Assembly: GCA_036785375.1 (NCBI GenBank)
Contig: JAWMAR010000473.1
Span: 682,001-746,000, forward strand
Source: Leucoraja ocellata
Lineage: Eukaryota
Length of the DNA: 64,000 nt
Reading direction: 5' to 3'
The position numbers were made by a program, and so were the translations under genes. Positions 51,775 to 63,222 of the stretch are shown piece by piece. Every line of letters begins with the position of its first letter. Positions within the stretch are counted from its first letter, which is position 1. Below the pieces are notes generated by a model. The model saw only the letters and a list, made by a program, of their open reading frames with translations. It was not told the DNA's origin and made no database searches.

Positions 51775-51870
51775 CCACAAAGGTGTGACCACCCACGACT
51801 GTGCACTAATGGGCAAGGAGCCAGAACATCCTCAGTGGGCAGCCAACACAAGCACAAAGGGGAGAGGTCA
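51775..51870. promoter_or_regulatory. Candidate enhancer motif cluster (SOX-like, T-box, GLI)
   Basis: ACAAAG 51777-51782, AGGTGTGA 51781-51788 and GACCACCCA 51787-51795 overlap, in sequence I could not assign to a repeat. Motif evidence only. Confidence 0.25.
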
Positions 51871-52761
51871 TCGACTGTGAGACACTGGGAAAGAGAGTCT
51901 GGCTAGAAGCTAATTTCATTATTTCCACAATTTGCTTTTGTTATTTACATTTGAACAGGAAGTAAAGTTTTGAAAATAATATAATACAGGCCAGATTGCA
52001 CCGAGTGAATCATACATGTCGCCTCAAGGTTTTCTTCATTTGCTCATTTTACTGAAAGGAGAATCGTGTAGTTAACAACATGATGCTTTCAAATATTCCA
52101 CAGTTCACAAAATGTGAGAGAAACAAAGTAATTTTCTACAGCATATTATAACAAAGCCAACACATATACAATTATCACATGAACAAGGGAAATTATGTCC
52201 GCTTCAATGGTAGTAGTGTTTTAAATACACGCATGCTCATTAAAATCAGATTTTAGCAGAATTTATTTGATTTTAGTAGGTTGATAAATCACCCATTTAA
52301 CTGTATACGTTATTTTGGCAACTAAATGGCCCAAAAGCTTTCCACCTGAAGTAAGATGTATGATTTACAGACATCTTCTCTGAAAGGTACGAGTGGAAGC
52401 AAGACATTTCTTTTGTGGCTCAAAGAAGTACTCCTGTTCCTACTTCTACAGGAAAGGATAAAAACAAAAATGTAATGAGCCAGTTTATACTGATAACTAA
52501 CAGTTTTGTGGAGAAGCTTTGGCTAGTGATACAACACATTCTAGACACTGGTGTCTGCACATTGCTACATGGAGGTCAGATGCTGACCATCCAAACTTGG
52601 CCTCCTCATTTAGATCACTGGCCTCCTCATTTAGTTCAGAGGATGATCTGGATTGCATTGAGCTGAAGTGCCAGAAACATATCATAGTTTTGTTTCTCAG
52701 CTTTATGTTGACCATTGTAACCCATCCCCTTTTAACTTAATGGCATCACTGATATGAATGG

Positions 52762-52855
52762 TTTAGTCTAGTTTAATTTATTTTAGTTTAGTTTAGTTTA
52801 TTCCCACCTGTACCAAGATACAGTGAAAAGCTTTTGTTGCCTGATAACCAGTCTG
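52762..52855 (-). mobile_element. Rex1/Babar-type 3' tail
   Basis: (GTTTA)n then 'ttcccacctgtaccaagatacagtgaaaagcttttgttg'. Confidence 0.65.
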
Positions 52856-53095
52856 GATTCCAGAATGTTCTTAATAATTTAACTTTAAAATTTACATCAA
52901 ACACATTTGTCTAATGTTTATGTTTTAAATATTTAATCCTACTGCAATCATTTAACGTTACTAATTGTTTAAAAATAGATGGAAAGGCCTCTGTCCACCA
53001 GAAGCCATCAAGCTTGGCTAGGTAGGCCACAGGTTTTGTCACCCAATGCCCAAGTAACACCCACTTGGAGGTTTGGCCTTGACTGTAAGTTCACA

Positions 53096-54557
53096 AGGTA
53101 GACATAAGTGCTGGAAAAACTCAGCGGGGGTGCGGCAGCATCTATGGAGCAAAGGAAATAGGCAACATTTCGGGCCAAACCCCTTCTTCAGACTGATGTA
53201 CAATGGGGGGGGGGGAGAAGAAGAAAGGAAGAGGAGGAGCCAGAGGGCTGAGGGAGAGCTGAGAAGGGGAGGAGACAGTGAGGGCTACCTGAAATTGGAG
53301 TAGTCAATGTTCATGCCGCTGGGGTATAACCAATCCCCATCTACAGATACTCTCCTCTGCCTAGCAGAGCTGATCCTTACCCTTAATAACTTTGCATTTG
53401 ACTCCTCCCATTTCCTCCAAATACAAGGCGTAGCTATGGGTATGGGCATGGGCCCTAGTTATGCCTGCCTCTTTGTAGGGTACGTCGAACAATCGTTGTT
53501 CGAGACGTACCAGGGCCCCATCCCCATCCTCTACCTCCACTACATCGACGACTGCTTGGTGCTCCCACCTGCACCCACACACAACTCACTGACGTCATCC
53601 ACTTCACCACTAACTTCCACCCGGCACGCAAATACACCTGGACCATTTCCGACACTTCCCTACCATTTCTTGACCTCACTATCTCCATCGCAGGTGATAG
53701 ACTTCTGGCCAACATCCACGATAAACCCACTGACTCCCATGGCTATCTAGACTACACTTCTTCCCACCCTGCTTCCTGTAAGGATCCCATCCCCTACTCC
53801 CAATTCCTCCGTCTACGCCGCATCTGCTCCCAGGACGAGGTGTTCCACACCAGGGCATCGTAGATGTCCTCATTCTTCAGGGAACGGGGGTTCCCCTCCC
53901 CTACTATAGATGACGCTCTCACCAGGGTTTCTTTCATACCCCGTAACACTGCTCTCTGTCCCCATCCCTCCACTCATAACCAGAGCAGAGTCCCCCTAGT
54001 CCTCACCTTCCACCCTACTAGCCGTCACATACAACAAATAATCCTCCATCATTTTCGCCACCTCCAACGTGACCCCACCACGCGCCACATCTTCCCATCT
54101 CCTCCCCTGTCTGCTTTCCGCAAATACCGCTCCCTCCCTCACTCCCTGGTCAATTTGTCGCTTCCCACCTGTACCACCCCCTCCCCGGGCACCTTACCTT
54201 GCAACCGCAAGAAATGCTACACTTGTCGCTTTACCACCCCCCTTGACTCCATTCAAGGACCCAAGCAGTCGTTCCAGGTGCGACAGAGGTTCACCTGCAC
54301 CTCCTCCAACCTCATCTATTGCATCTGCTGCTCTAGATGTCAGCTGATCTACATCGGTGAGACCAAGCGTAGGCTTGGCGATCGTTTCGCCGAACACCTC
54401 TGCTCGGTCAGCAACAACCGACCTGATCTCCCGGTGACTCAGCACTTCAACTCCCCCTCCCATTCCGAATCTGACCTTCTGTCCTGGGCCTCCTCCATGG
54501 CCAGAGGGAGGAGCAGCACCTCATTGGAGGAGCAGCACCTCATATTTTGTCTACTCC
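53096..54557. mobile_element. Penelope-like retroelement with internal inversion and 14-bp TSD
   Basis: 53096-53329 is the ORF end plus terminal repeat on the - strand; 53330-54550 is RT plus GIY-YIG on the + strand; ACTGTAAGTTCACA at 53082-53095 and ACTGCAAGTTCACA at 54558-54571. Confidence 0.92.
53330..54550 (+). pseudogene. Penelope-like RT (C-terminal half) and GIY-YIG endonuclease, frameshifted
   Basis: QIQGVAMGMGMGPSYACLFVGYVEQ; LHYIDDC; RVPLVLTFHP; PCNRKKCYTC; SSNLIYCICCSRCQLIYIGETKRRLGDRFAEHL; VTQHFN. Confidence 0.92.
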
Positions 54558-57155
54558 ACTGCAAGTTCACATGTTGATTTGGTCCACATTGGGAACCAGG
54601 CAAAGGAAACTTTTGACATGGACCAGAACAAGCATAATCAAGCCCACTCACTGTCACCATCCAGTCATAGTTCCCAATAGAAACTGCAAAGGGTTCCATT
54701 TTTAGAAACCCAACATACAAGTGTGGAAAATCCATTAAATCCAATGCAGGTAGGTGTCCTGGGCAATTTACTTGCCCACATACCTATTTTTGTTGGATCA
54801 GCAAGGCAAAAATTATTCCTTCAGTTAGTATATCAACTTTTCTAATTACTGACGTTAATCAAACCTGAAGGAGAAATCAACATGAATGATTATTGTATAG
54901 AGATTACCAGGCTCTGGTATATCTAATTCAACTTGAAGCACATTCTGTGAATAGTTTATCTTTAAAATTGTCCTCCCCTCAACTGATTCATTCTTCAACA
55001 GTGATCTAACTCATCAACTAAGGCCTAATTCTCCCCATTGTGGGCCCCCAGAATGAACAATGAAGATTGAGGCCTGACATGTGAATCAGCCAGAGGTGCA
55101 GTGCTGCATCTCTGGTCAGTTGTGAGTCTGAGATGAAGCACTGTAGCTCTGGAGGATGGATACTGCAGCAAAGGCCTTGAAAGAAGAGTGTGGCACCACC
55201 ACACAGCACGGATGTAATATCATCTGTAAACTCTTTGTTGCTTCAATGAAGTACACTTGATATTGTTGGTGAGTTTTCTATTTTTGCAAAGAAATTTGAT
55301 GCAAATACCAATGATATTTATTATTGAATAGTATTTCAAAAAGTATATTTAAAATTTTAACATTTTCAAAATTTTCAGTTGAATTTTACATTCTAAAAAT
55401 ATAATCGCAGAAGTAGTGGCAATAAATGCAAATCTTTCATGAAAATTGCATATTGCTTTGATTTCAAGCTTATTAAAGTTCTACGAATTGGATTTTAGAT
55501 ACATATTTGCTAAGCAATGCTGCATTTCTCCTTACATACAAACTTGTTAAAATATGTCCAAACAACAGTCAGACTTCATTAGTACAAACCCATGGGAACA
55601 TACAAAATGTTCCTTATCAGAAGGTCATCTTCTCATGCTTCAAGCTCTTTTCCTGTCCATAATTGAGCTTTTGCTGAGACCAGGGAAAATATTTGTAACA
55701 AGAAATTTGCTTAAAGATTAAAAGAACAACATCACATTATGCACTGTATTTACTGGTTGTTCAGTGAAAAGTGTATCAGTGCAAATGTATTGTGGCTCAT
55801 TGTGATTTCATGCTAACAGTCTGATAACTTGAAAAGGATGCCATTTGTTATTGTCACAGACTACTGGCAATCTATGACAAATAATCCTAAATGTTATTCT
55901 TCCCACAGCCTTTTTAGATTGCATGTTTTTCATCTCTTTAATTGATAGCGCAATATTTCAGAATTTAGACATAATTGCAAGATTCTTATCCAACCAGGAG
56001 TATCAGTTAGAGACTTTTAGTCAGTGGTAAGGATAGTTTATGGGCAAATACTCAACTAGCAGAGATCCCATTTTTAAGGAGGCAACTCCCAATACATTTC
56101 CTGTCCTTCTTCCGTGAGATGAACTCTAAACTAACAATTCACAGAAGTACTCTCAATATATCTGCAAAGAACGTAACATATTCTAGTAATGCACAATGGA
56201 CTAGAAATTCACCCCCGATCAGTAATGCACTTGTAGGTGTATAACAGCAGTTATACACTATCTCTGAAATTTGCTTTTATTGACTTTCACAGGACAAATT
56301 ATCAGAAACATTGCAGAATGAGCAACTACTGTTATACAATGCCTTTAGTGCCATATACCAGGATTTTTAATTGTACAAGGTTTTGCTTGGTATTAAAATT
56401 AGTTTAAGAAATAATCATTCCTTTACAAAATCCTCACCAGTAGTTACATGTTTGAATTTAGTATAATAAAAGTATATAGGAAGTAACAAACATGATAGGA
56501 ATAATGATATTCCCTCTTTATAGTCCGTTTCCAATGTGCAAAATAAATGAAGAAATAAAATCCATTAATAGTCATTTTTGATACTTTTGGTAGAGCCAAC
56601 ACCAGATTTCAGGTTTGTTGGCTTCAGATACATTTGAAGGTTCCCCAGCTTCAGGTCGAATTGGACCAACGTAGCAGTTTGCATTTAATTATTTGAGAAT
56701 GTATGCTAAAAGTTGTACACATAGACAAAGGGGCTGAGAACTGTCAACACCAGATCAAGTGGGCACATGCTGCATTTCTGTGCAATGGTCACATAAGGTA
56801 GCAAGAATATCGTTGGTCCTTCACTCTCAGCTTAATTCGTAGCAGAGCACACTTTTAATTTGGACAAAGAAAATGATCACGACCAAATCTACAACCATAT
56901 AATATCAGATCTTATAATTACCTTTGAAGAATTACCATTCAGGTCAAAACTGTACAGGCAAGATCAGTTTAATTTGGCATCATGTTTGGCACATACTGTG
57001 CTGCACTGTTTTATGTTCTATATTAAAACTATACATATTGGTTATCTGAAATGAAAGTAGGATAGTTCGAAGTGTGAAGCGATTTACTTACCATATGAAA
57101 GAAAGATTTGGAGGTAATTCCTCAGAGGATGCAGATTATATGATCCCAAAGCAAG

Positions 57156-57240
57156 GTCTGAAGAAGGGACTCAAACCAAAACATCACTTATTCCTTTTCT
57201 CCAAAGATACTGCCTGACCCAATGAGTTACATCAGCACTT
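57156..57240 (+). mobile_element. Penelope-terminus fragment
   Basis: 'gtctgaagaagggactcaaaccaaaacatcac...ctccaaagatactgcctgacccaatgagttac'. Confidence 0.7.
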
Positions 57241-58309
57241 CTAATTTTATCCATTTTATTTTAAGGATATAAAGTTGAATTTTATGGGACAAGATTCCCG
57301 AGGGAGAATCTTCACTAAGTAGCAATGAGAATACTGAGTGTGCAACTCAACATGTTTGATTCGCTCTGCTCACAATTTTCTTGTCATTAACTTTAGTGAA
57401 GTGTCACCCTTACAATTTGATCGTCAAGCTGTGGAAGGAGTAAAGCCCCAGAAGATTTTCTCCATATATTAGAATATAGAATTCAGTCCAACTCACAAAA
57501 TATTTCAGTGGCTAGTATATTGTGTAATGTCCTAGAGCTTCTAATCATAAATAATTAGAAGTGAACCCCAAATCATTGATGTTTGTGGCAACATTATATC
57601 AACATTAAGGTTTAAAACCATTTTAAGTGAGTTGTGTTTGCACATTTCAACAATAAATTTACAAAGTGAATGATTTCAGATATTTTGCTGTAGGTGATGA
57701 GAGAAGGAATGTAACATAATGTTTCTCTCTGGAATGTTTTGTTTATCCACAGGCCTCTGATCTTCTATAGACCTTCTCCTCAGGGTCCAGTTTTCCCAGG
57801 AATCCCTTCTGTGCTGATAAGGGGATTCCTGGAAATACTGTTCTTGGGGGCAAGGCTTGGCAGCTATCCAATGAGGAAAACTCCAAAGGAACAAGTTCAT
57901 AAAAGCCTCTGGGTCACTGTGGGAAAGTGGATCCTTTACATTATATTTGTAAGAACATGCTCCAAATGTGAAAACTTAGTGCAATAAAATGTAAATAAAA
58001 ACAAATTGTAAATCATTGAACTCGGTGTCCGATTCTATTTTCAAAGTATGACCTACGTCAGCAGATTCTGGATTTCCAAACAGAGGGAAAGAATTCTTAA
58101 ATATTCACTATTCATTTAAAATTATTAACCTATGCTTCTCACAAGTCAACCATTGCAATTTGAGGAGACAAAGTTCAACCAGTCTCCACATTGAGGTACA
58201 TTTTGCTACAGAATTTTGTGACTTAAAAGTGCTGAAAAAATAGAGAGAGATAGTTTGAAAAGCAGGACCTCAAGCATGGTGATCTCTGGATTACTCCCAG
58301 TGTCATGTG

Positions 58310-58603
58310 TGACACAGTAGCGCAGAAGTAGAGTTGCTGCCTTACAGCACCAGAGATCAGGTTCAATCCTGACCATGGGTGCTATCTGTATAGAGTTTGT
58401 ACATTCTCTCTGTGACTGCATGGGTATTCTCCGGGTGCTTCGGTTTCCTCCCACATTCCAAAGACGTACAGGTTTGTAGATTAATTGGCTTGTAAATAGT
58501 CCCTAGAGTGTAGTATAGAACTAGTGTACAGGTGATCGCTGGTCAGTGTGGTCTCAGTTGGCAGAAGAGTCTGTTTCCACATTGTATCTCTAACTAAACT
58601 AAA
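58310..58603 (+). mobile_element. HE1/V-SINE-type SINE, full length
   Basis: Head 'tagagttgctgccttacagcaccagagatcaggttcaatcctgac'; V-domain 'ctccgggtgcttcggtttcctcccacattccaaagacgtacagg'; tail 'tgtatctctaactaaactaaac'. Confidence 0.9.
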
Positions 58604-58604
58604 C

Positions 58605-58721
58605 AATGATGGAAGGTGTAGAAGGATAATCCAGATGAGTACATGGTTGAGGACTCAGTACAGGAGTCAAGGATTCATGTTTTGGATCATTGAGTTTCCT
58701 TCCAGGGGCACAGGTGACCGG

Positions 58722-58724
<3 letters not shown>
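58605..58724 (+). mobile_element. Short CR1 ORF1 esterase fragment
   Basis: RIIQMSTWLRTQYRSQGFMF parallels REIGDLNVWLRGWCREQGCRF in the CR1 ORF1 at ~4870-4930. Confidence 0.5.

Positions 58725-58777
<53 letters not shown>
58725..58777. repeat. (CA)n microsatellite
   Basis: Directly visible. Confidence 0.95.
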
Positions 58778-58779
<2 letters not shown>

Positions 58780-58961
58780 GCCATTTTATCTACATACCTG
58801 TACATCCTTTGAAGTATGGGAGGAAACCGAAGATCTTGGAGAAAACCCACGCAAGTCATGGGGAGAACCTACAATCATACAGACAGCACCTGTAGTCAGG
58901 ATCGAACCTGGGTCTCTGGCGCAGGAAGACAGTAGCTTTGGGCTGTGCTACCATGCTGCCC
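58780..58961 (-). mobile_element. HE1/V-SINE-type SINE (3'-truncated)
   Basis: 'gggaggaaaccgaagatcttggagaaaacccacgc...gtagtcaggatcgaacctgggtctctggc'. Confidence 0.85.
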
Positions 58962-59044
58962 GTGTGGTTGGTCCACTTTGGGTTTCTGGCCAATGGTGAT
59001 GTCCGGGGAGGTTGATGGGATGGGTGGGTTTGGGGAAAGGGTCA

Positions 59045-60345
59045 GCGATGGTAACCATTGCGGGTCAAGGGTGATACGTTAAACTCCATTGTTGGAGATG
59101 ACCATTCCCCAAGACTTGAATTATGCAAATTTTACATATCACTTATCAGTCCATGGCAGAAAGTTGCATAAATTTTGCTGCATGCTGACATGGACTGCTT
59201 TATTTGCTGAGGAGAATTAAATATTATACAATCATCACTATTGAGCATTCCCGCTTCTGACCACCTGCCATTGGTGATGGTAGGCATCCAAGGAACTCCT
59301 GGAGAGACTTCATAAGGGTATGTTCTTTCACCTCATCAATAACAACCACCTTCCTTTGGTAGATGTACTGCACCAACCACTGGAATATTTTCGTGTTGAT
59401 TCACATTGACTTTTTTTTAACCAGAACTCTTTGATGTTACAATCAGTCAGATGCAGTCACTTTCTCCTCACAAATTCAGCAACTTAGTCCATTTTGGATC
59501 AAGGCTATGATGAGGCTTGCAGTCCAGTAGTCTTGACTAGTTTAGTTTAGTTGAGTTTAGTTTAGAGATACAGCAAGGTAACAGGCCCTTTAACCAAATG
59601 AGTCCACGTCAACCATCGATCACCCATTCACGCTAGTTCCATGCTAACCCACTTTTTCATCCACTCCTACACACTCAGTGCAATTTTACAGAGGCTAATT
59701 AACTTACAGACCCACACTTTGTTGGGGATTTGGGAGGAAACCAGAGCACCTAGAGGAATCCAACACAGTGAGAAGGTGCAAATTTTGCAAAGAGAGCAAC
59801 CGAGATCAGGATCGACCTTGGGTTTCTGGCGTGAGACCCAGAGCTGTGCCATTGTTATCGATGAACAGGTTGTCAGTGAGTGTCACTTGAAAGGACTATG
59901 GATGACAAATGCTACCACTTTGCCACGATAATAGACGCAAAGTTATCAGCAGGTCAGGTCAGGACTCTTCTTCAGGTGGATTGTAGCAAGGGAGAAAGAA
60001 AGCTTGAAGAGAGGATAGGCAGGGAAAAGCTTGGCAGATGGTTAGATTTTTGGTATAAACCAGCATCTGCAGTTCTTTGCTTCGGCAGTTTCTTGTTACT
60101 TCACTTTGCTACTGTTGGAGAGTTAACAGATTGGGCAGGAATTAGTAGTTCAATGGTGCTTTGTGAGAAATGGATACATCCTGCTTCTAATGAACAGGAC
60201 ACACCGGGATTATTTTCCACGTCGGTGGCTAGATACCACTATTGTAATTGTACTGCAGAGGGTTGGCTACCAACATAGTTTGTTTGGGAGCACATAACCT
60301 CAGTGCTACAGCTGGGATGCAGTCTGCTCCAATAGCCTTTGAAAT
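59045..60345 (-). mobile_element. Old LINE ORF2 remnants, interrupted by a SINE (59539-59850) and a Penelope-like piece (~59940-60080)
   Basis: 'gatggtaaccattg...ttgttggagatgaccattc...cacttatcagtcc...caatcatcac...attcccgcttctgacc' resembles a recalled reverse-complement RT region of an elasmobranch LINE. Confidence 0.45.
59539..59850 (-). mobile_element. HE1/V-SINE-type SINE
   Basis: (GTTTA)n then 'gagatacagcaaggtaacaggccctt'; V-domain 'tgggaggaaaccagagcacctagagg'. Confidence 0.8.
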
Positions 60346-61304
60346 AGTTCTTATTCTGCAATCTAGTGGCACAAAATGTATCCCATTAATGAGGCTGATC
60401 CATGCTCTCGTTCACAGATAATCTAGCCCATTTTTGAAAATATGCAATTAACTTCAGGTGAAGTCAAGGATAGAAATTAAAAAACAGATGCAGATGCTTG
60501 ATTGTATTTAGTTGTCACTGCAGTGAAAATGGCCACGGCAGCCATTTGTGCCTTGTGGGTTCTGCCTTCTGTTCAATTGCAGGGATGGGGAGAGGCAAGT
60601 TAAAGCCATTATTCAAACACTTGCAGAACATCTAGCATCTGGCCTAAAAGTAGTATAAATATTTTTATGCATGGAAACTGTAAAGTATTGATACAGTGTA
60701 TGTCTAGCGCTGAAAGCTGGCCCGTCAATTTCCCCTTCTCCTTATATCATATCAAAATTTGACTTCTGGGTGACTTTGACGTTCTCGTTAATTCTCCATT
60801 TTATATGTCCTTCAATAAAAATTATATTAATAGAAAATATATATTTCTTCCTGATGTTTAGGTAGACTTGAGAGGGAACAATCTAAATTTTATTTTGTGG
60901 TGCTGGGACCATGTCCATCCATAATGACATGTTTAAAATTATAGTATTCTGCATTTTTATGTTTGATGGAGCAATCTGCCTCAATATAAAATATTTTATT
61001 GAAATTAATAACATTTTGGCAGGAAGCACGTCTCCAGAGGGAGAAAGATTATGGCTGGCTTTCCCCAAGCCTGACAGACCCAGAGGTAATAAAAAGTGTT
61101 ACAATGGCATTTCATGAAGGTCTTTTGCAAGAATGAAAAATGCTTGCGGCTCCGTCACCAGTTTATTATATGAGTGTGAGGCCCCTTACAAGGCCTTCAA
61201 TTGCTCTGTGGAGCACATTACATTGCCTTTTGCCACTATTTATCATTTTCAAGAAAGTGACGTATTGAATGATCACAAAGTTTAAGCAAGTAAATTGAGG
61301 TTTA

Positions 61305-61570
61305 GATAGAGCTATGGTATAATTACTGAATTATTAGTCTAAAGACACAAGTTCAAATCCCACCTTGACAACTGAGAACATAAATTTTAGAAGACTTAAA
61401 GACATCTCAAATAAAAGATAGAGACTGGATTTTTGTAAAAACACATCTGGCTTGCTGATATCCTTTTTAAAGCAATACACCACGCTTACCTAATCTGGCC
61501 TACATATGTCACCAGATTCTTCAACAGGATTGACTCGTGACAGGCCTCTGAGATTGTCCAACAAGTCATC
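61305..61570 (+). mobile_element. Old tRNA-derived SINE of a second family
   Basis: B-box-like 'aagttcaaatcccacc' and body 'aaaacacatctggcttgctgatatcctt...ttacctaatctggcctacatatgtcaccagattc'; recalled shark SINE layout. Confidence 0.45.
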
Positions 61571-61579
61571 ACGTTCAAA

Positions 61580-61678
61580 GATAGACACAAAATGCTGGTG
61601 TAACTCAACGGGTCAGGCAGCATCTCTGGAGAAAATAAATACATGACTTTTTGGGTTGAGACCCTTCTTGAGTCTGAT
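61580..61678 (-). mobile_element. Penelope-terminus fragment
   Basis: 'tagacacaaaatgctggtgtaactcaacgggtcaggcagcatctctggaga...gggttgagacccttctt'. Confidence 0.8.
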
Positions 61679-61885
61679 CTCCTCGTATCAATAGGGCATA
61701 ACATTTTCAGAATGTTTTTATTTAATCAGAAAAGTTTGTAAGTCATAATAATTTCTTAGAAATTAGGGACTTCCGGTGGCGACGCGAGCAGATGGCTGCT
61801 TAATTCCGAGCTCCCGATAGCAAGTTTAAAACTAGCCTCCCTTAATTCACTAATTGATACATATTTCACAGTTTTCTGTTTTGGA

Positions 61886-62894
61886 ATGAGTGGGGGAGCG
61901 ACAACTAGAAGTCAAAAGAAACGTGATGGACGAGAAAGAAAGAATTCACCGGAGATGGACAAAGCTCAAAGCTCAAAAGATGTCTCAGCAGAAACCGTGC
62001 GCTCAATGCTACACAACATCAGTAAGGAAATACATGACTGAATATAAAGTGGACTTACATAAATTTAAAGAATAAATCAAAGAAGACATGAAAACCGAAC
62101 TCAGAGTACTGAAGCAAGAAATTTATCATAAACTTTCTGCAAACTCCAAACAAATCCACGCCCATGAAACTAGACTAAACAAAGCTGAAGCACGAATTGA
62201 AGAGGCTGAGACAATGGCTGTGAAAAATGTGCTGTTTAAATCTATGAAAAAACAGAAAGCCATGCAAGAAAAACTGACTGATTTGGAAGGACGGTCTAGA
62301 TGAAATAACATTCGCATCTACTGCGTACCTGAAGAGAAAGAAGGCGAATCCATGTCTGAATTTGTGGAGCAACTTTTAAAAACTGAACTCGTAATAACAA
62401 CGGACACCAACGTACGGATCCAGCGCGCGCACAGAGTTTTGGCTCACAAACCGGAAGGTAATTCACCACCTAGGTCTATAGTGGTAAATTTCCTGGAGTT
62501 TAATACCAAAGAAATGGTATTGAAAAAGGCCTGGGGAAAGAAGATAATGATTGATGGGCGACGTCTATCATTTGACCACGACTATGCAACGGAGGTTGTC
62601 CAGAAGCGCAAGGCATATAAGGGAATAAAGAGGGCCCTGAAGGAGAGAGGTGTCCGCTTCCAGACCCCGCTGGACAAGATGCGTATTCACTGGGACTCAG
62701 GAACATGCACATGTCATAGTGCACAAGACGCAGTGCAGAAATTGAGGAGGAAAGGCTACTCCGTGGAGACACCTGATTACAGCACTGAGGAGCTGGCGGA
62801 CCCAGAGATGGAGCATCTTCTCCAGGCTTTGACATGGCAGAGAGTTGGAAAGAGGAGTGAAGATGAGAGTGAGACAGCAAGAGAGCGACTATAG
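61886..62894 (+). pseudogene. L1 ORF1p (coiled coil, RRM, CTD), disrupted
   Basis: MSGGATTRSQKK...; LTDLEGRSR*NNIRIYCVPE; IQRAHR; PPRSIVVNFLEF; SFDHDYATEVVQKRKAY. Frameshift near 62035-62040 and TGA at 62301-62303 in place of the usual Arg of RSRRNN. Confidence 0.9.
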
Positions 62895-63222
62895 GAATCT
62901 GAGCAGACCCCATATAACTAGCTTTTATTGTGTCACAAATCTTTTGGACGAAAAAATAACTGCTATCGGATGACGTTGGACGATACTAGGATGCGTGAAA
63001 TGGAGTGTTTCACCTCTAGTGAGGGGCCCTCTGGGAGGAGGCTTTCCCCTATACCTGCCAACGGGGACTCAGGGAGGAAAGGAATCACCCCTACTTGGAA
63101 GTCAACTGTTTTTTCTTTTCTTTTATTTTTTTTATTTGGCACATGTTGTCCAGATGTTCAGATCTGCACAGTTTCAAGTTATCTGGAGATTTATGAATGT
63201 AAGACAGGAGTAGGTAAATTAA

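Noticed and set aside
53330-54550. Domesticated RT or telomerase-like host gene
   Set aside because: 5'-truncated, frameshifted, has an internal stop and is bounded by a TSD; an ordinary dead Penelope-like copy.
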